64,000 bases of DNA, taken from the NCBI RefSeq assembly GCF_006345805.1, contig NC_043008.1, forward strand, positions 55,490,001 through 55,554,000, written 5' to 3'. The position numbers and the translations under genes are program-made. Below the pieces are notes generated by a model that made no database searches, was not told the origin of the DNA, and saw only the letters and a program-made list of their open reading frames with translations. The stretch's first letter is position 1, and the number at the start of each line of letters is the position of its first letter. Of the stretch, positions 11,741 through 22,471 are shown piece after piece. The stretch comes from Octopus sinensis (lineage: Eukaryota).

Positions 11741-12112
11741 AAAAACATCCATCTTTTTTTCTTTGCTGACACGAAGGGTTTAAAACAGAGATAAAGACTA
11801 GCATAAACATCCTGAATGTGTTATTTACATGAAAATAGAGAGAAAAAAAAATAACTTCAATTTAATAATTGGAAAGTTTACAAAAATATTCAATGCAATT
11901 TTTTTTTTATCACAGTAAAAAAAAAAAAATGGAAAAAAGAACAGAAAATCAACTTTTTGGCAAAGTGTAATAGATAATAAATTTTTCAGTTCGAAAAATC
12001 TAGCAACTAAGCTGTCTATATTTTGGTTTAATCAGGTCTGTTGAAACTCTAGAGATTTTTTTTACATAGTTTCAGATTATTTTGTGATTCAGTTTAAAAT
12101 GCAGTCAAATCT

Positions 12113-12660
12113 TAGGCAGGCATGGCTGTGTGGTTATGAAGTTTGCTTCACAACCATGTAGCTTTGAGTTCAATCACAGTGCACAGTACGTTGTCCTGAG
12201 CTGACCAAAGCCTTGTTATGAAGTTTGCTTCACAACCATGTAGCTTTGAGTTCAATCCCAGTGCACAGTACGTTGTCCTGAGCTGACCAAAGCCTTGTTA
12301 TGTAGTTTGCTTCACAACCATGTAGCTTTGAGTTCAATCCCAGTGCACAGTACGTTGTCCTGAGCTGACCAAAGCCTTGTTATGAAGTTTGCTTCACAAC
12401 CATGTAGTTTTGAGTTCAATCACAGTGCACAGTACGTTGTCCTGAGCTGACCAAAGCCTTGTTATGAAGTTTGCTTCACAACCATGTAGCTTTGAGTTCA
12501 ATCCCAATGCACAGTATGTTGTCCTGAGCTGACCAAAGCCTTGTTATGAAGTTTGCTTTACAACCATGTAGCTTTGAGTTCAATCCCAGTGCACAGTACG
12601 TTGTCCTGAGCTGACCAGAGCCTTGCAAGTGGATTTGGTTGATCAAAACTAAAAGCAGCC
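12113..12660 (+). repeat. Family B SINE whose head is amplified into 6 x 82-bp tandem units
   Basis: Units start at 12133, 12215, 12297, 12379, 12461 and 12543, each with GAGTTCAATC; the SINE body resumes at 12625. Confidence 0.9.
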
Positions 12661-12692
12661 CATTATAAATATTTTATATGTGTAATATTGTT

Positions 12693-13050
12693 GCTCTCCC
12701 AAAGCTGAGGTACAGGGACGTGTGCAGGATATGAAGGCACTTGGCATCAACACCAATTCCTGGGAGGATCTCGCAGCCGACCGAACCAGCTGGAGAGGCA
12801 CTCTTCACAAACAACTGCAGACCAGCGAAGAGAATTTGAGGGTGGCGGCAGCTGAAAACTGAGCCCGCAGAAAAGAAATGACAGCCAACAGACCAGATTC
12901 AACGTATAGGTGTGACCTCTGCGAACGAGACTGCCACTCTCGCATCGGTCTCTACAGCAACAGGAGGCATTGCAGAAACTGAATAGACAACTCAACAGAC
13001 AGATGACATCATCCATGGTCAACCATGACCGATGGAGGCCCTGGATATAA
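12693..13050 (+). mobile_element. 5'-truncated RTE (BovB-like) LINE 3' end
   Basis: PKLRYRD...MKALGINTNSWEDLAADRTSWR...YRCDLCERDCHSRIGLYSNRRHC; tail CCATGGTCAACCATGACCGATGG; 10-bp TSD TAATATTGTT (12683-12692, 13051-13060). Confidence 0.9.
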
Positions 13051-13289
13051 TAATATTGTTCATATTTCTCCTATTGAACAAATCATCCACTGGCTTTGTG
13101 CCTTCAAAGATGTGTGGAGTAAGAGATCTCTTACTTGGAAAACAATTAAAGGTTAGTGATAGGAAGGGTACCCAGCTGTAAAATGCAGCTTGTAGTTCAT
13201 CCTCTGTGTGTGTGTGTATTTTGATCAGCAGAGGGGCCAAGGGTATAACACACACACACGTACTAAGTTCTATTGTTTGTTTTGATGTG

Positions 13290-13299
13290 TGTGTGAGAG

Positions 13300-13334
<35 letters not shown>

Positions 13335-13337
13335 GAA

Positions 13338-13384
<47 letters not shown>

Positions 13385-13430
13385 AAGAAAGAGAGAGAAA
13401 GAAAGAGAGAGAGAGGGAGAGAAAGAGAGA
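13290..13430. repeat. (GA)n/(GAAA) microsatellite
   Basis: Direct inspection. Confidence 0.95.
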
Positions 13431-13528
13431 TTCTTTGAAATGTGATGGATGTGTGATCTATGTATATATATTGAAATACCTGTTAGTTGTTTGTTTACCC
13501 ATGCTTGCACACAGACATGTAAGTCCAT

Positions 13529-13568
<40 letters not shown>

Positions 13569-14076
13569 CAGCTTATGAGTTTATACCCCAAGATAAATTT
13601 AAGTCAAAGCCCCATCAGATAAGATGCAGCAATTATTTCTAACATCTCTAGATTGAAGCAGGGCTCACTCTGGCACAATCACCACCAGTTATCTCAATGC
13701 GGTTATGTTAGTCAGTCAGTTAGGTAAGACTCGTGGTGATATCTTTAATCTTGATTGCATTAGACAGGTGTAGAGCTAAACAGCAGCCATAGCAATGAGG
13801 AGAAGATATGAGGTAATGAGAAGGTAATGGGGTCATAGAGTTGATGGAGAGGGAGGAACATGGAGAAGTCACAGAGATGGTGGGAGTAGGTGGGGTGAGT
13901 ATAGAAAGGAAGATTACTGGTGGATGGGGGGGTGAGCAATCAGGAAGGGTAGGGATGGGGTGGAGGAAATAAGAGAGTGGGAGAGGTTAGGAGAGAGGAA
14001 GAATTGGGTATAGTGAAAGAGAGAAGAATGACAGAAAGGAGGAGAGAGAGAGAGAATAGAAGAAAAGAGAGGATGG

Positions 14077-14310
14077 AAGGCAGTGAGCTGGCAGAATCAT
14101 TAGCACGCTAGATGAAATGCTTAGCGGTATTTCGCCAGTCGATACATTCTGAGTTCAAATTCCACCGAGGTCGACTTTGCCTTTCATCCTTTCAGGGTCG
14201 ATAAAATAAGTATCAGTTAAGCACTGGAGGTCGATGTAATCGACTTAATCCGTTTGTCTGTCCTTGTTTGTCCCCTCTGTGTTTAGCCCCTTGTGGGTAG
14301 TAAAGAAATG
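14077..14310 (+). mobile_element. Family A SINE, full length
   Basis: GAGCTGGCAGAATC head, GAGTTCAAATTCC B-box, GTAGTAAAGAAAT end. Confidence 0.9.
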
Positions 14311-14399
14311 GGAAGGTAATAGAGAACAGCATGAAGTAGAGAAAAAGAGAAAATAAGAGGCATAAAGAATAAAAGAGTAAAGATGTGTGTGTGTGTGTA

Positions 14400-14724
14400 T
14401 AACTGACACTCCGTCAGTGATGACGATTAGGGTTCCAGTCGATCTAATCAATGGAACTGCCTGGTCATGAAATTAATGTACACGGGACTGAGTACTCCAC
14501 AGATGTGTACCCTCGACGTAGTTCACAAGGAGATTCAGCGGGACACAGAATGTGACAAGGCTGACCCTTTGAAATACAGGTACAACCAATTTTTGCCTGC
14601 TGAGTGGACTGGAGTAATGTGAAATAAAATGCCCTGCTCAAGGGCACAGCATATGGTTGGGAAACAAATTCATGGCCTTACAATCATGAGCCAAATAGCC
14701 AAACCACTAAGTCATCTGACTTCA
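14400..14724 (-). mobile_element. Family G SINE
   Basis: Reverse complement homologous to 16478-16800; CTGAGTGGACTGGAG core. Confidence 0.8.
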
Positions 14725-14749
14725 CACACTCACACACACATATATATGT

Positions 14750-14995
14750 GGAGGCGTGTGGTTTAGTGGTTAGGGTGTCAGCATCATGATCGTAAGATTG
14801 TGGTTTCGATTCCTGGAGCGGGCAATGCGTTGTGTCCTTGAGCAAAACACTTCATTTCACGTTGCTCCAGTCCACTCAGCTGGCAAAAATGAGTAACGCT
14901 GTGATGGACTGGCGTCCTGTTCAGCTGGGGAGCACATATGCCATTGAAACTGGGAAACCAGGCCCATGAACCTGACTAGGCTTTAAAAGAGTGCA
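14750..14995 (+). mobile_element. Family C tRNA-derived SINE
   Basis: TGGTTTAGTGG A-box, GGTTTCGATTCC B-box, CTCCAGTCCACTCAGCTGG core; matches 47325-47562. Confidence 0.85.
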
Positions 14996-15039
14996 TATAT
15001 TTTATATCTGTGTGTGTGTGTGTGTGTGTATATGGGAAT

Positions 15040-15205
15040 AGATCGTTAGCTCCTACACGCATTTTTTTCTCTCCTTGTTTTTTTCTGTGTATTTTTCTGT
15101 CGAAGAGCGTAGGCTCGAAACGTAAAAGACTTTTTCTATTCCTGAGCGCTATACTAATACATTTGTTTGTTTGTACTCCACCTGCCTTCGTCGTTTGTTT
15201 ATTTT
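15040..15205 (+). mobile_element. Penelope-like element pLTR remnant
   Basis: Homologous to 37350-37525, 53005-53190 and (minus) 20200-20285; carries a hammerhead-like motif and abuts a TA-rich tract. Confidence 0.6.
15092..15129 (+). ncRNA. Minimal type I hammerhead-like motif, non-canonical core CUGUCGA
   Basis: TTTTT-CTGTCGA-A-GAGC(GTAG)GCTC-GAAAC-GTA-AAAGA: helices I and II pair; helix III is the palindrome ACGT. Confidence 0.6.
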
Positions 15206-16477
15206 CGTAAACTTTCCCTTTATATATGGGAGAGAAAGAGAGAGAACAATCAAAACAGGGTGAACAGAAAATGAAAGACACAGCAAGAGATAGAAAAAGA
15301 GTGAGGTACAGAAAGGAAAGCAAAGATGGGCAAAGACAAGAAAGAGAAAGCTAAAAACACTGAGCATAACCTAAACCTCAACAAGTTTACTCTTTTCCAA
15401 AGACATTTGAAACTTCTCTTCATCATAGATGCTAAATCATTCTACATGGCTACCCATAAAATTGATGATATAAAAATGGTTATAAAACTGAAGGAAGAGG
15501 GGACAGAGAAAATGAAGTAAAGAGGAAGCTAAAATCTTTTATCAAACAAATCTGATTCTAGTGCAGGCATGGCCATGAGTTAAGTTTGCGTTGAAACCAT
15601 GAGGTTTTGGGTTCAATCTCACCACACAGCCCTTTGGGCAAACATTTTCTATTGCAGACTACAGCTGACCAATGCCTTCTGAGTGAATCTGGAGAATGGA
15701 AACGATGTGGAAGGTCATTGTGTATGTGCATGTATGTGTGTGTGTGTTTGTGTTATCTCCCACCACCACCTAGTGGTCTGTGCTGGTTTGTTTACATCCT
15801 CCATAACTTAGCAGTTTAGCACAGGAGACCAACAGGACGAGTACCAGACTTAAAAATAAGAACTGGGGGGGGGGGGTTCCGATTCGTTTAACATGGTCAC
15901 AGCTCACTGACTGAAACAAGTAAAAGGTAAGAGATACTGGGAATTGTATAGGGTTAAACATAACACTATAACAATCAAAAGAGGAAGGGAAGAGGGGAAA
16001 ATGGAGGGGAGAGGGAGAGAGGGGGAGGCGTGGAATCTATTTAAATAAGATCAGCTGAAATGTACAGGACTCTGAGCTAGGATAACATACACATTACCCT
16101 TGAATCATTCAATATGGTGATGGATGTATGATGGGTGCTAATATTTTGAAGAGCCGGAAGAGATTAATGAGAAGCTGATGCCCTGATTTCAAAATTGATG
16201 ACCTAGAAATGGAGATGTTAGCTACACTTTTGTGAATCTAGATCATTTCAAGGAATTTCAGAGGAAACAAACATTAAGGCTTTCTTTTTTTCCTTTTTTC
16301 TTTTTTTTTCCTTCATTTCTTCATCATACAACCAATAATACCAATAATTAAATTAACAAGTCAATATGCAGTCATTCAGCTGGTAGAAATACCAGCCAAA
16401 TCTCCATCACATCACACCTTACCATTATAGAAAAGAAAGGTGAAATAGAATGTTTTTTGTCAGAGTGTGCTTTATAA

Positions 16478-16800
16478 GGTGCATGGCTTAGTGGTTAAGG
16501 TAATCGACTCGCGATTGCAATGTTGTAAGTTCAATTCCGAACAATGTGTTGCGCCCTTCAGCAAAGCAATTTATTTCATGTTGCTCCAGTCCACTCAGCT
16601 GGCAAAAATGAGTTGTACCTGTAATTCAAAGGGACCGGCCTTGTCACATTGTGTCATGTTGAATCTCCCTGAGAACTACGTTAAGGGTTACACGTATCTG
16701 TGGAGTGCTCAACCACTTGCATGTTAATTTCATGAGCAAGCTGTTCCAGTGATTGGATCAACTGGAACCCTCATTGCCATAACCACAACAGTGCCCATAC
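16478..16800 (+). mobile_element. Family G SINE
   Basis: TGGCTTAGTGG head, shared C/G core, distinct body. Confidence 0.8.
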
Positions 16801-17633
16801 ACATGCTCTGTAGTCACTAAGGAAGGGCTGAAGACAATGAACCTTACTGGACTTCTAAGATTGGGGAGACTGATGTAGTTCAAGTTCAGATTAAACTTTT
16901 ATAAGTTGGCGTCTTTAAGAAATATGTTCCATCACAAGGTTTAGTCCTTGTTGCTGTGTGGTGGCTTGTATGCATCAATAACCTAAAGAGCTATGTCAGT
17001 GGAAGCACTAGCTCTTGTTAGAAACCCACCACCCATGCTGGACATGTTTAAAAGATAGAGGCCAGATTATGTACCACTTCTTCCCAGAGATAAAATTGGG
17101 TGTGCATAGGTTGCTAATGAAAATCATCATATACTGAAGTAATGTATAGACAATGGTACACACACACACGAGAGGTTTCTTTCAGTTTCCATTCACCAAA
17201 TCCACATACAAAGCTTTGGTCAGTCCAAGGCTATAACAGAAGGCATTTGCATAAAATACTTTGCACATGCACAGACAGACACAAGATAGGCTTCTTTCAG
17301 TTTCCATTCACCAAATCCACATAGAAGGCTTTGATCAGCTCAGGGCTATAACAGAAGACGCTTGTATAAAATACTGTGCAATTAGACTGACCCCAAAACC
17401 ACATGGTTGGGAAGCAATCTTCACAACCACAGAACTAACCTCTGGTTTGTAGTTAGCTCAATATTTTAATACACTGTATGCTATTGCAACAACATGAGCT
17501 ATGGTTGCTTCTCCCACCAGTCTAAGAGGCCTTGAAAAAAACCACGAACACAATCATTCCTCTGCTCGCTAAGTAATAAAAAAAAATTTTAGTATGTCAT
17601 TGTTCTATTGACATTCTCTTTGTTTACAGCTTT

Positions 17634-17798
17634 TTATTTTTGTTTTGCAATAAATGTTGTTAGCTCTTCAATAATGGAGGTGGAGACTGTAGATTGTTTA
17701 CCAATTGCCAAATATTTCTGTTGCCATTCTTCCATTCTTTGCATGATTTCAAGAATTTCGAAATCTCTAACATTTAGATGGGTCTTGCCATACATATT
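17634..17798 (-). CDS. Possible terminal coding exon or decayed TE ORF (54 aa)
   Basis: AG|NMYGKTHLNVRDFEILEIMQRMEEWQQKYLAIGKQSTVSTSIIEELTTFIAKQK*; protein-like, non-repetitive composition; weak acceptor; no homolog recognised. Confidence 0.2.
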   Translation of the reverse strand, partial: NMYGKTHLNVRDFEILEIMQRMEEWQQKYLAIGKQSTVSTSIIEELTTFIAKQK

Positions 17799-18064
17799 CT
17801 ACCTGGTTCTCAAGATATTGGTAAACAGCCAGGCAAAAATCAAAAGATGAAAGCAAACATCTAAGGAAGGCAAGATTAAAAGGAATAAATAACGAGAGAG
17901 TTCATGAACAGACAGTTATGTTGAGGGGGGGTGAGAGAGAGAGAGAGAAGGAGAGAGAGAGAGAGGGAGAGGGGGAGAGAGAGAGAGAGAGAAGGAGAGA
18001 GAGAGAATGGGGTGTAATAATTATTTCATGGTGAGGTTTTTACTGCTTTCATTTGCGAAAGCCT

Positions 18065-18400
18065 AATGAGAAGGGGATCCACCCATTCACCTGTGATACC
18101 TCTTGAATGGAATAGTGGTGGTGGAGAGAAAGTCAGTGAGCCGGGTATGATTAATTGTTAAGTTCGTTAAAAGCAGAAAGCTGTTGGTGAATGAATAGAC
18201 ATTGGTGGAAAAGAAGTTCCAGAGCAAAAGAGAATTGCGAAAAGAATGACTATGTTTATTGTTTAGCTCCAAATTTATGACAGCGAGAGAGATTGGCGAG
18301 GGGAAAGAGGTATAGTAAAGTATGAATTGCAAGATGCTGGCAGAGGGGTTTCAATGAGCAGGTTTTGTGAAATTGGGGTGGAGCCAACCAGTTTGTTGGC
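18065..18400 (-). mobile_element. Degenerate CR1/L2/Jockey-group LINE 3' fragment
   Basis: Minus-strand peptide ...NKHSHSFRNSLLLWNFFSTNVYSF... resembles the post-RT 'SF..R...LWN.LP' C-terminus. Confidence 0.45.
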
Positions 18401-18654
18401 TCACACACTAGCTGTGCTGATATCAAAAGGGTAAGTGATAAAGTGCAGCAGCAGCAGTAGCAGCAGCAATGATATTGATGCTGATGAATGGGGGAGTGAA
18501 TATAAGTGGATACATGCTATGGAATCCCAACACATTTTTCTAATAATTCCATTCAGCTTAAGGCCAGCCAAACAGGAAATGAAAATCAACATATTCTGAA
18601 ATGAAAAAGGGCCTTTTAAAAAAATGCTCTGCGATAAAATTTATGAAGAAGAAC

Positions 18655-18665
18655 CAATAATAATG

Positions 18666-18720
<55 letters not shown>

Positions 18721-18734
18721 TAATGGTGCTTACT

Positions 18735-18777
<43 letters not shown>

Positions 18778-18830
18778 TAATAAATATGTATAATAATGAT
18801 AATGGTGCTTACTGTAATAATAATAATAAT
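18655..18830. repeat. (AAT)n microsatellite with duplicated ATGGTGCTTACTGT interruption
   Basis: Direct inspection. Confidence 0.95.
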
Positions 18831-18879
18831 ATACATCAACATCAACATCAAAAAATCAAATGGAAATTGTAGTTGTGAT

Positions 18880-19202
18880 ATCTGTGCCGGTGGCACGTAA
18901 AATGCACCATCCGAACGTGGCCGATGCCAGTGCCGCCTTGACTGGCTTCCGTACCGGTGGCATGTAAAAAGCACCAACCAATCATGGCCATTGCCAGCCT
19001 TGCCTGGCACCTGTGCTAGTGGCACGTAAAAAGCACCCACTGCACACACAAAGTGGTTGGCGTTAGGGAGGGCATCCAGCTGTAGAAATACTGCTAGATC
19101 AGACTGGAGCCTGGTGCAGCCTCCTGGCTTCCCAGACCCTGGTTGAACCATCCAACCCATGCTAGCATGGAAAACGGATGTTAAACGATGATGATGATGA
19201 TG
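18880..19202 (+). mobile_element. Family F retroposon
   Basis: Three GTGCCGGTGGCACGTAAAA subrepeats, CCATGCTAGCATGG palindrome, (GAT)n tail. Confidence 0.85.
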
Positions 19203-19214
19203 AATCGTTTTTAA

Positions 19215-19420
19215 GGCACAAGGCCTGGAATTTTTGTGGGGAAGGGGCTAGTTGATTACATCAATCCCGATACTCAACTGGTACTTATTTTATTATCAAC
19301 CTTGAAAGAATGAAAGACAAAGTTGACCTCAGCAGAATTTGAACTCAGAACATAAAGACAGACGAAATACTGCTAAGCATTTTGTCTGACATGCTAGCAA
19401 TTCTTCCAGCTTGCCATATT
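19215..19420 (-). mobile_element. Family A SINE (alternative tail)
   Basis: GAATTTGAACTCAGAAC reverse B-box. Confidence 0.8.
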
Positions 19421-19686
19421 CAAAATAGAAAGACATGAACTGCACTAAATCACAGAATTTTTTTTTTTATCTTTAATAACACCGATTACAAATTTGTCCT
19501 AAAAACACAAAAATCTAATTACAAATTGTTTTCGAACAGCAGGCATAAGATGTAAGTACACTTCCAAAATTGAGTTATAATAAATTCCTCTTTGATCTGT
19601 TTTACCAGTGTGATCTTTGATAAGGGAAGATAACCTTGGAACCTCGGTAAACAGGATGAGAACTTCTTTTATATCCACCCACTCAC

Positions 19687-19747
19687 TCCCATTACAGTTT
19701 AAAAAGCTGATGTATAAAGTGTTTAGAAATAAATATTGATAGAGCAT
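19687..19747 (-). CDS. Weak candidate signal-peptide exon
   Basis: MLYQYLFLNTLYISFLNCNG followed by A|GTGAGT (phase 1 donor). Confidence 0.15.
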
Positions 19748-20145
19748 GGTAACTAATTAATTAATCGAGGATATTTATAATTACAGAGTACTTGAAGAGA
19801 GGAAGAAAGCAAGGAAGAGAGAGAGAAACAGAAAATATCAGATGTGATAATGATGATGATGTATACGAAACACTAATAATAAACCCAGTGTTAATGCTAC
19901 TTAACGAAGCATCAGAGAGGCAGCTAAGATGACGAAATAAACAGTCAATTACCGAGATTAACTGGGTGCAGGCATGGCTATGTGATAAGACATTTGCTTC
20001 CAAACTGCATGGTTCTGGGTTCATTCCCATTGCATAGCACTTTGGGCAAGTGTCTTCTGCTGTAACCCCAGGCTAACCAAAGTTTTGTAGTGGATGTGGA
20101 TTTAATAGAAGGAAACTGAAAGAAGCCCATCACACACATATACAC

Positions 20146-20199
<54 letters not shown>

Positions 20200-20206
<7 letters not shown>

Positions 20207-20285
20207 GAGAATTCACAAAAAAACAAAAGATGAAGACAGGTGATGTAGACAACAAACAGATGTATTAGTTTAATGCTTGGGAAGT
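20200..20285 (-). mobile_element. Penelope-like pLTR 3' fragment
   Basis: Reverse complement matches the 3' part of 37350-37525; abuts the (TA)n tract at 20150-20202. Confidence 0.6.
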
Positions 20286-20364
20286 CTTCTATGGCCTTGA
20301 GCCAACCAAAGCCTTGTAAATGGATTTGATAGATGGAAAATGAAAGAAGTCCATCAGATATATC

Positions 20365-20560
20365 ATCATCATCCTCATCATCGTTTAATGTTTGTCTTCC
20401 ATGCAGGCATGGGTTGGACGGTTTCACAGGAGCTGGCCAGGTAGAAGACTACCCCAGGTTACTGTATCTGTTTTGGCATGGTTTTTACGGCTGGATGCCC
20501 TTCTAAATGCTAATCACTTTACAGTGTGGACTGGATGCTTTTTATGTGGCACCAGCACCA
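20365..20560 (-). mobile_element. Family F retroposon, degenerate
   Basis: GGATGCCCTTCT and (CAT)n tail. Confidence 0.75.
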
Positions 20561-21821
20561 GCAGGGTCACCAAGTAACTTGCAGGACAAGGAATTTTGAG
20601 AGGAAAGGAGACATTGGAGGAGGGGATCTTGTGTTAGATAATGAAAGGTTAGAGTGTGACAGAGAGACATGTTTGTGCATGCGTGTATATGTGTGTGTCT
20701 GTTTGTCCTTCACCACTGCATGACCAGAGTTAGTTTGTTTATATACCCCTAACTTAGCAGTTCAGCATTAGAGATTGATAGAATAAGTACCAGGCTTTAA
20801 AAAAACATAAGCTCATTTGACTAAAACCCTTCAAAGTGTTGCCCTAGAGCAGCCACAATCCAATGACAAAACAAGTGGAAGAGAAGATGCACACACATGC
20901 ACACGAGTGCACACATGCACACACACATGCCAAAAATAATTGAAAGTTAACTTATTAATCTTCACGAGAAGAATCTATATCAAAGAAGGAAGCTGGAGAG
21001 AATTAAAAATAGTATAATAATAACTCATCTAAATGTTTCCTTTATGAAGCTTTTCCTTTCAGTTTTAAATAAGAATGGTCTTTTAGAAGGTAAAAAAAAA
21101 TTAATCAATAACTACATATCTTTAAGATGCATGAAGCTAAAAGGTTAGTTTTAATTCCAAAGAAGGGGGGAAAAAAATAGCAAAGTCTTTGAAATAGCAA
21201 TCTATAAGAAATAGGCCATGAGCAGCAGTAACAGAGAAATTGTTATGTTGAAAAGAAAACTAAAAATATGATGTATACAACAAAATAGGCCAGCTCTTAA
21301 GAAATATATTTCTATAATTATAGCATTTACTGACTACCTGTATGTATTTTAAATCATGGTACTTCACATTTAAAAATATATATATATATAAAGGTCTGTG
21401 AAAGAACATCATTAATTAATGGAGAAATAAAAAAAGAAAAGGAAAGATCCCACCCTTTTTCATTTTTATCTCAATGTATTATAATGAAGGGTTAGAGTTA
21501 TAATGAGAAAGGTATGAAAAATATGGCTAACAGTTTAGTGATAAATATCAAGAATTACCATGTTCTGTATAAAGAGGTGTGTTGTGGCAATTGGACAGAA
21601 TTTATCATCATTTAACATCCAGTTTCCTCAGCTAGCATGGGTCTGGCAGAGTATATTTGAGGCAGGTTTTTATGTTGTTGGATGTCCTTACTGTGGCCAA
21701 CCCTAACAAGTTTCAAAGCAAGGTAACATTTTCCTGAGGCTAAACTTGTTCTCACAGCATAGAAGAAATGAACAACACTGCTTGTATGACAGTGACACTC
21801 ATTTACAACAGTTATGCACGG

Positions 21822-22068
21822 TACTCGTGCCGGTGGCACGTAAAAAGCACCATCCGATCATGGCCGTTTGCCAGCCTCGCCTGGCACGTAAAAGCACCCA
21901 CTACACTCATGGAGTGGTTGGCGTTAGGAAGGGCATCCAGCTGTAGAAACATTGCCTGATCAGACTGGGCCTGGTGCAGCCTTCTGGCTTCCCAGACCCC
22001 AGTTGAACTGTCCAACCCATGCTAGCATGGAAAGCGGACGCTAAACGATGATGATGATGATGATGCAA
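21822..22068 (+). mobile_element. Family F retroposon
   Basis: Perfect CGTGCCGGTGGCACGTAAAAAGCACC at 21826-21851; (GAT)n tail. Confidence 0.85.
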
Positions 22069-22408
22069 TGTCAAGATAAGGAGGAACACACACACACATA
22101 TCTGTATATATATTCTGATCAAATCTTCCATGTGTTAACATGTGCTTCCTAACGACACTGTAAACTTCATTTAATAAAGATAGCCTTGGCCTAATGAGCA
22201 ACCTATGGCATACATCTCGCTTGGATATTTACCACTGTCGAGGTTCCACTCGCTATAAAACATATGTAGCTCAGGCTTTATCTACTCCATTCCTTAACTC
22301 ATATTTTTATTTGCATGACTAAACATTTCCTTTTTATATATGAGCCATTGAGGACCCCTCTCAACCTGCAGGCATCTCTCTGAAAAGCACATCTGAAAAA
22401 AAAATTAC

Positions 22409-22471
22409 CTTGAATTTGTTTCTAGTAGTGCAGCCTGCTTGATGTTGAACCAGGTCTCATGCGACCCACTT
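22409..22471 (-). CDS. Candidate 63-nt internal exon (phase 2-2)
   Basis: TCTTTTTCTAG|A AGT GGG TCG...TCA AG|GTAATT; only one frame is open: SGSHETWFNIKQAALLETNS. Confidence 0.2.

Noticed and set aside
12133-12624. CRISPR-like regular array
   Set aside because: Units are contiguous and near-identical with no unique spacers, there are no cas genes, and the unit is SINE-derived.
13019-13591. LSLSLS/ERERER ORFs (also 24460-24880, 29279-29855)
   Set aside because: Translations of (GA)n tracts.
13926-13960. G-quadruplex motif
   Set aside because: Single motif with a 14-nt loop in a low-complexity purine tract; expected by chance.
18558-19160. 200-aa ORF with poly-Tyr/Ile
   Set aside because: (AAT)n microsatellite fused to an antisense family F repeat.
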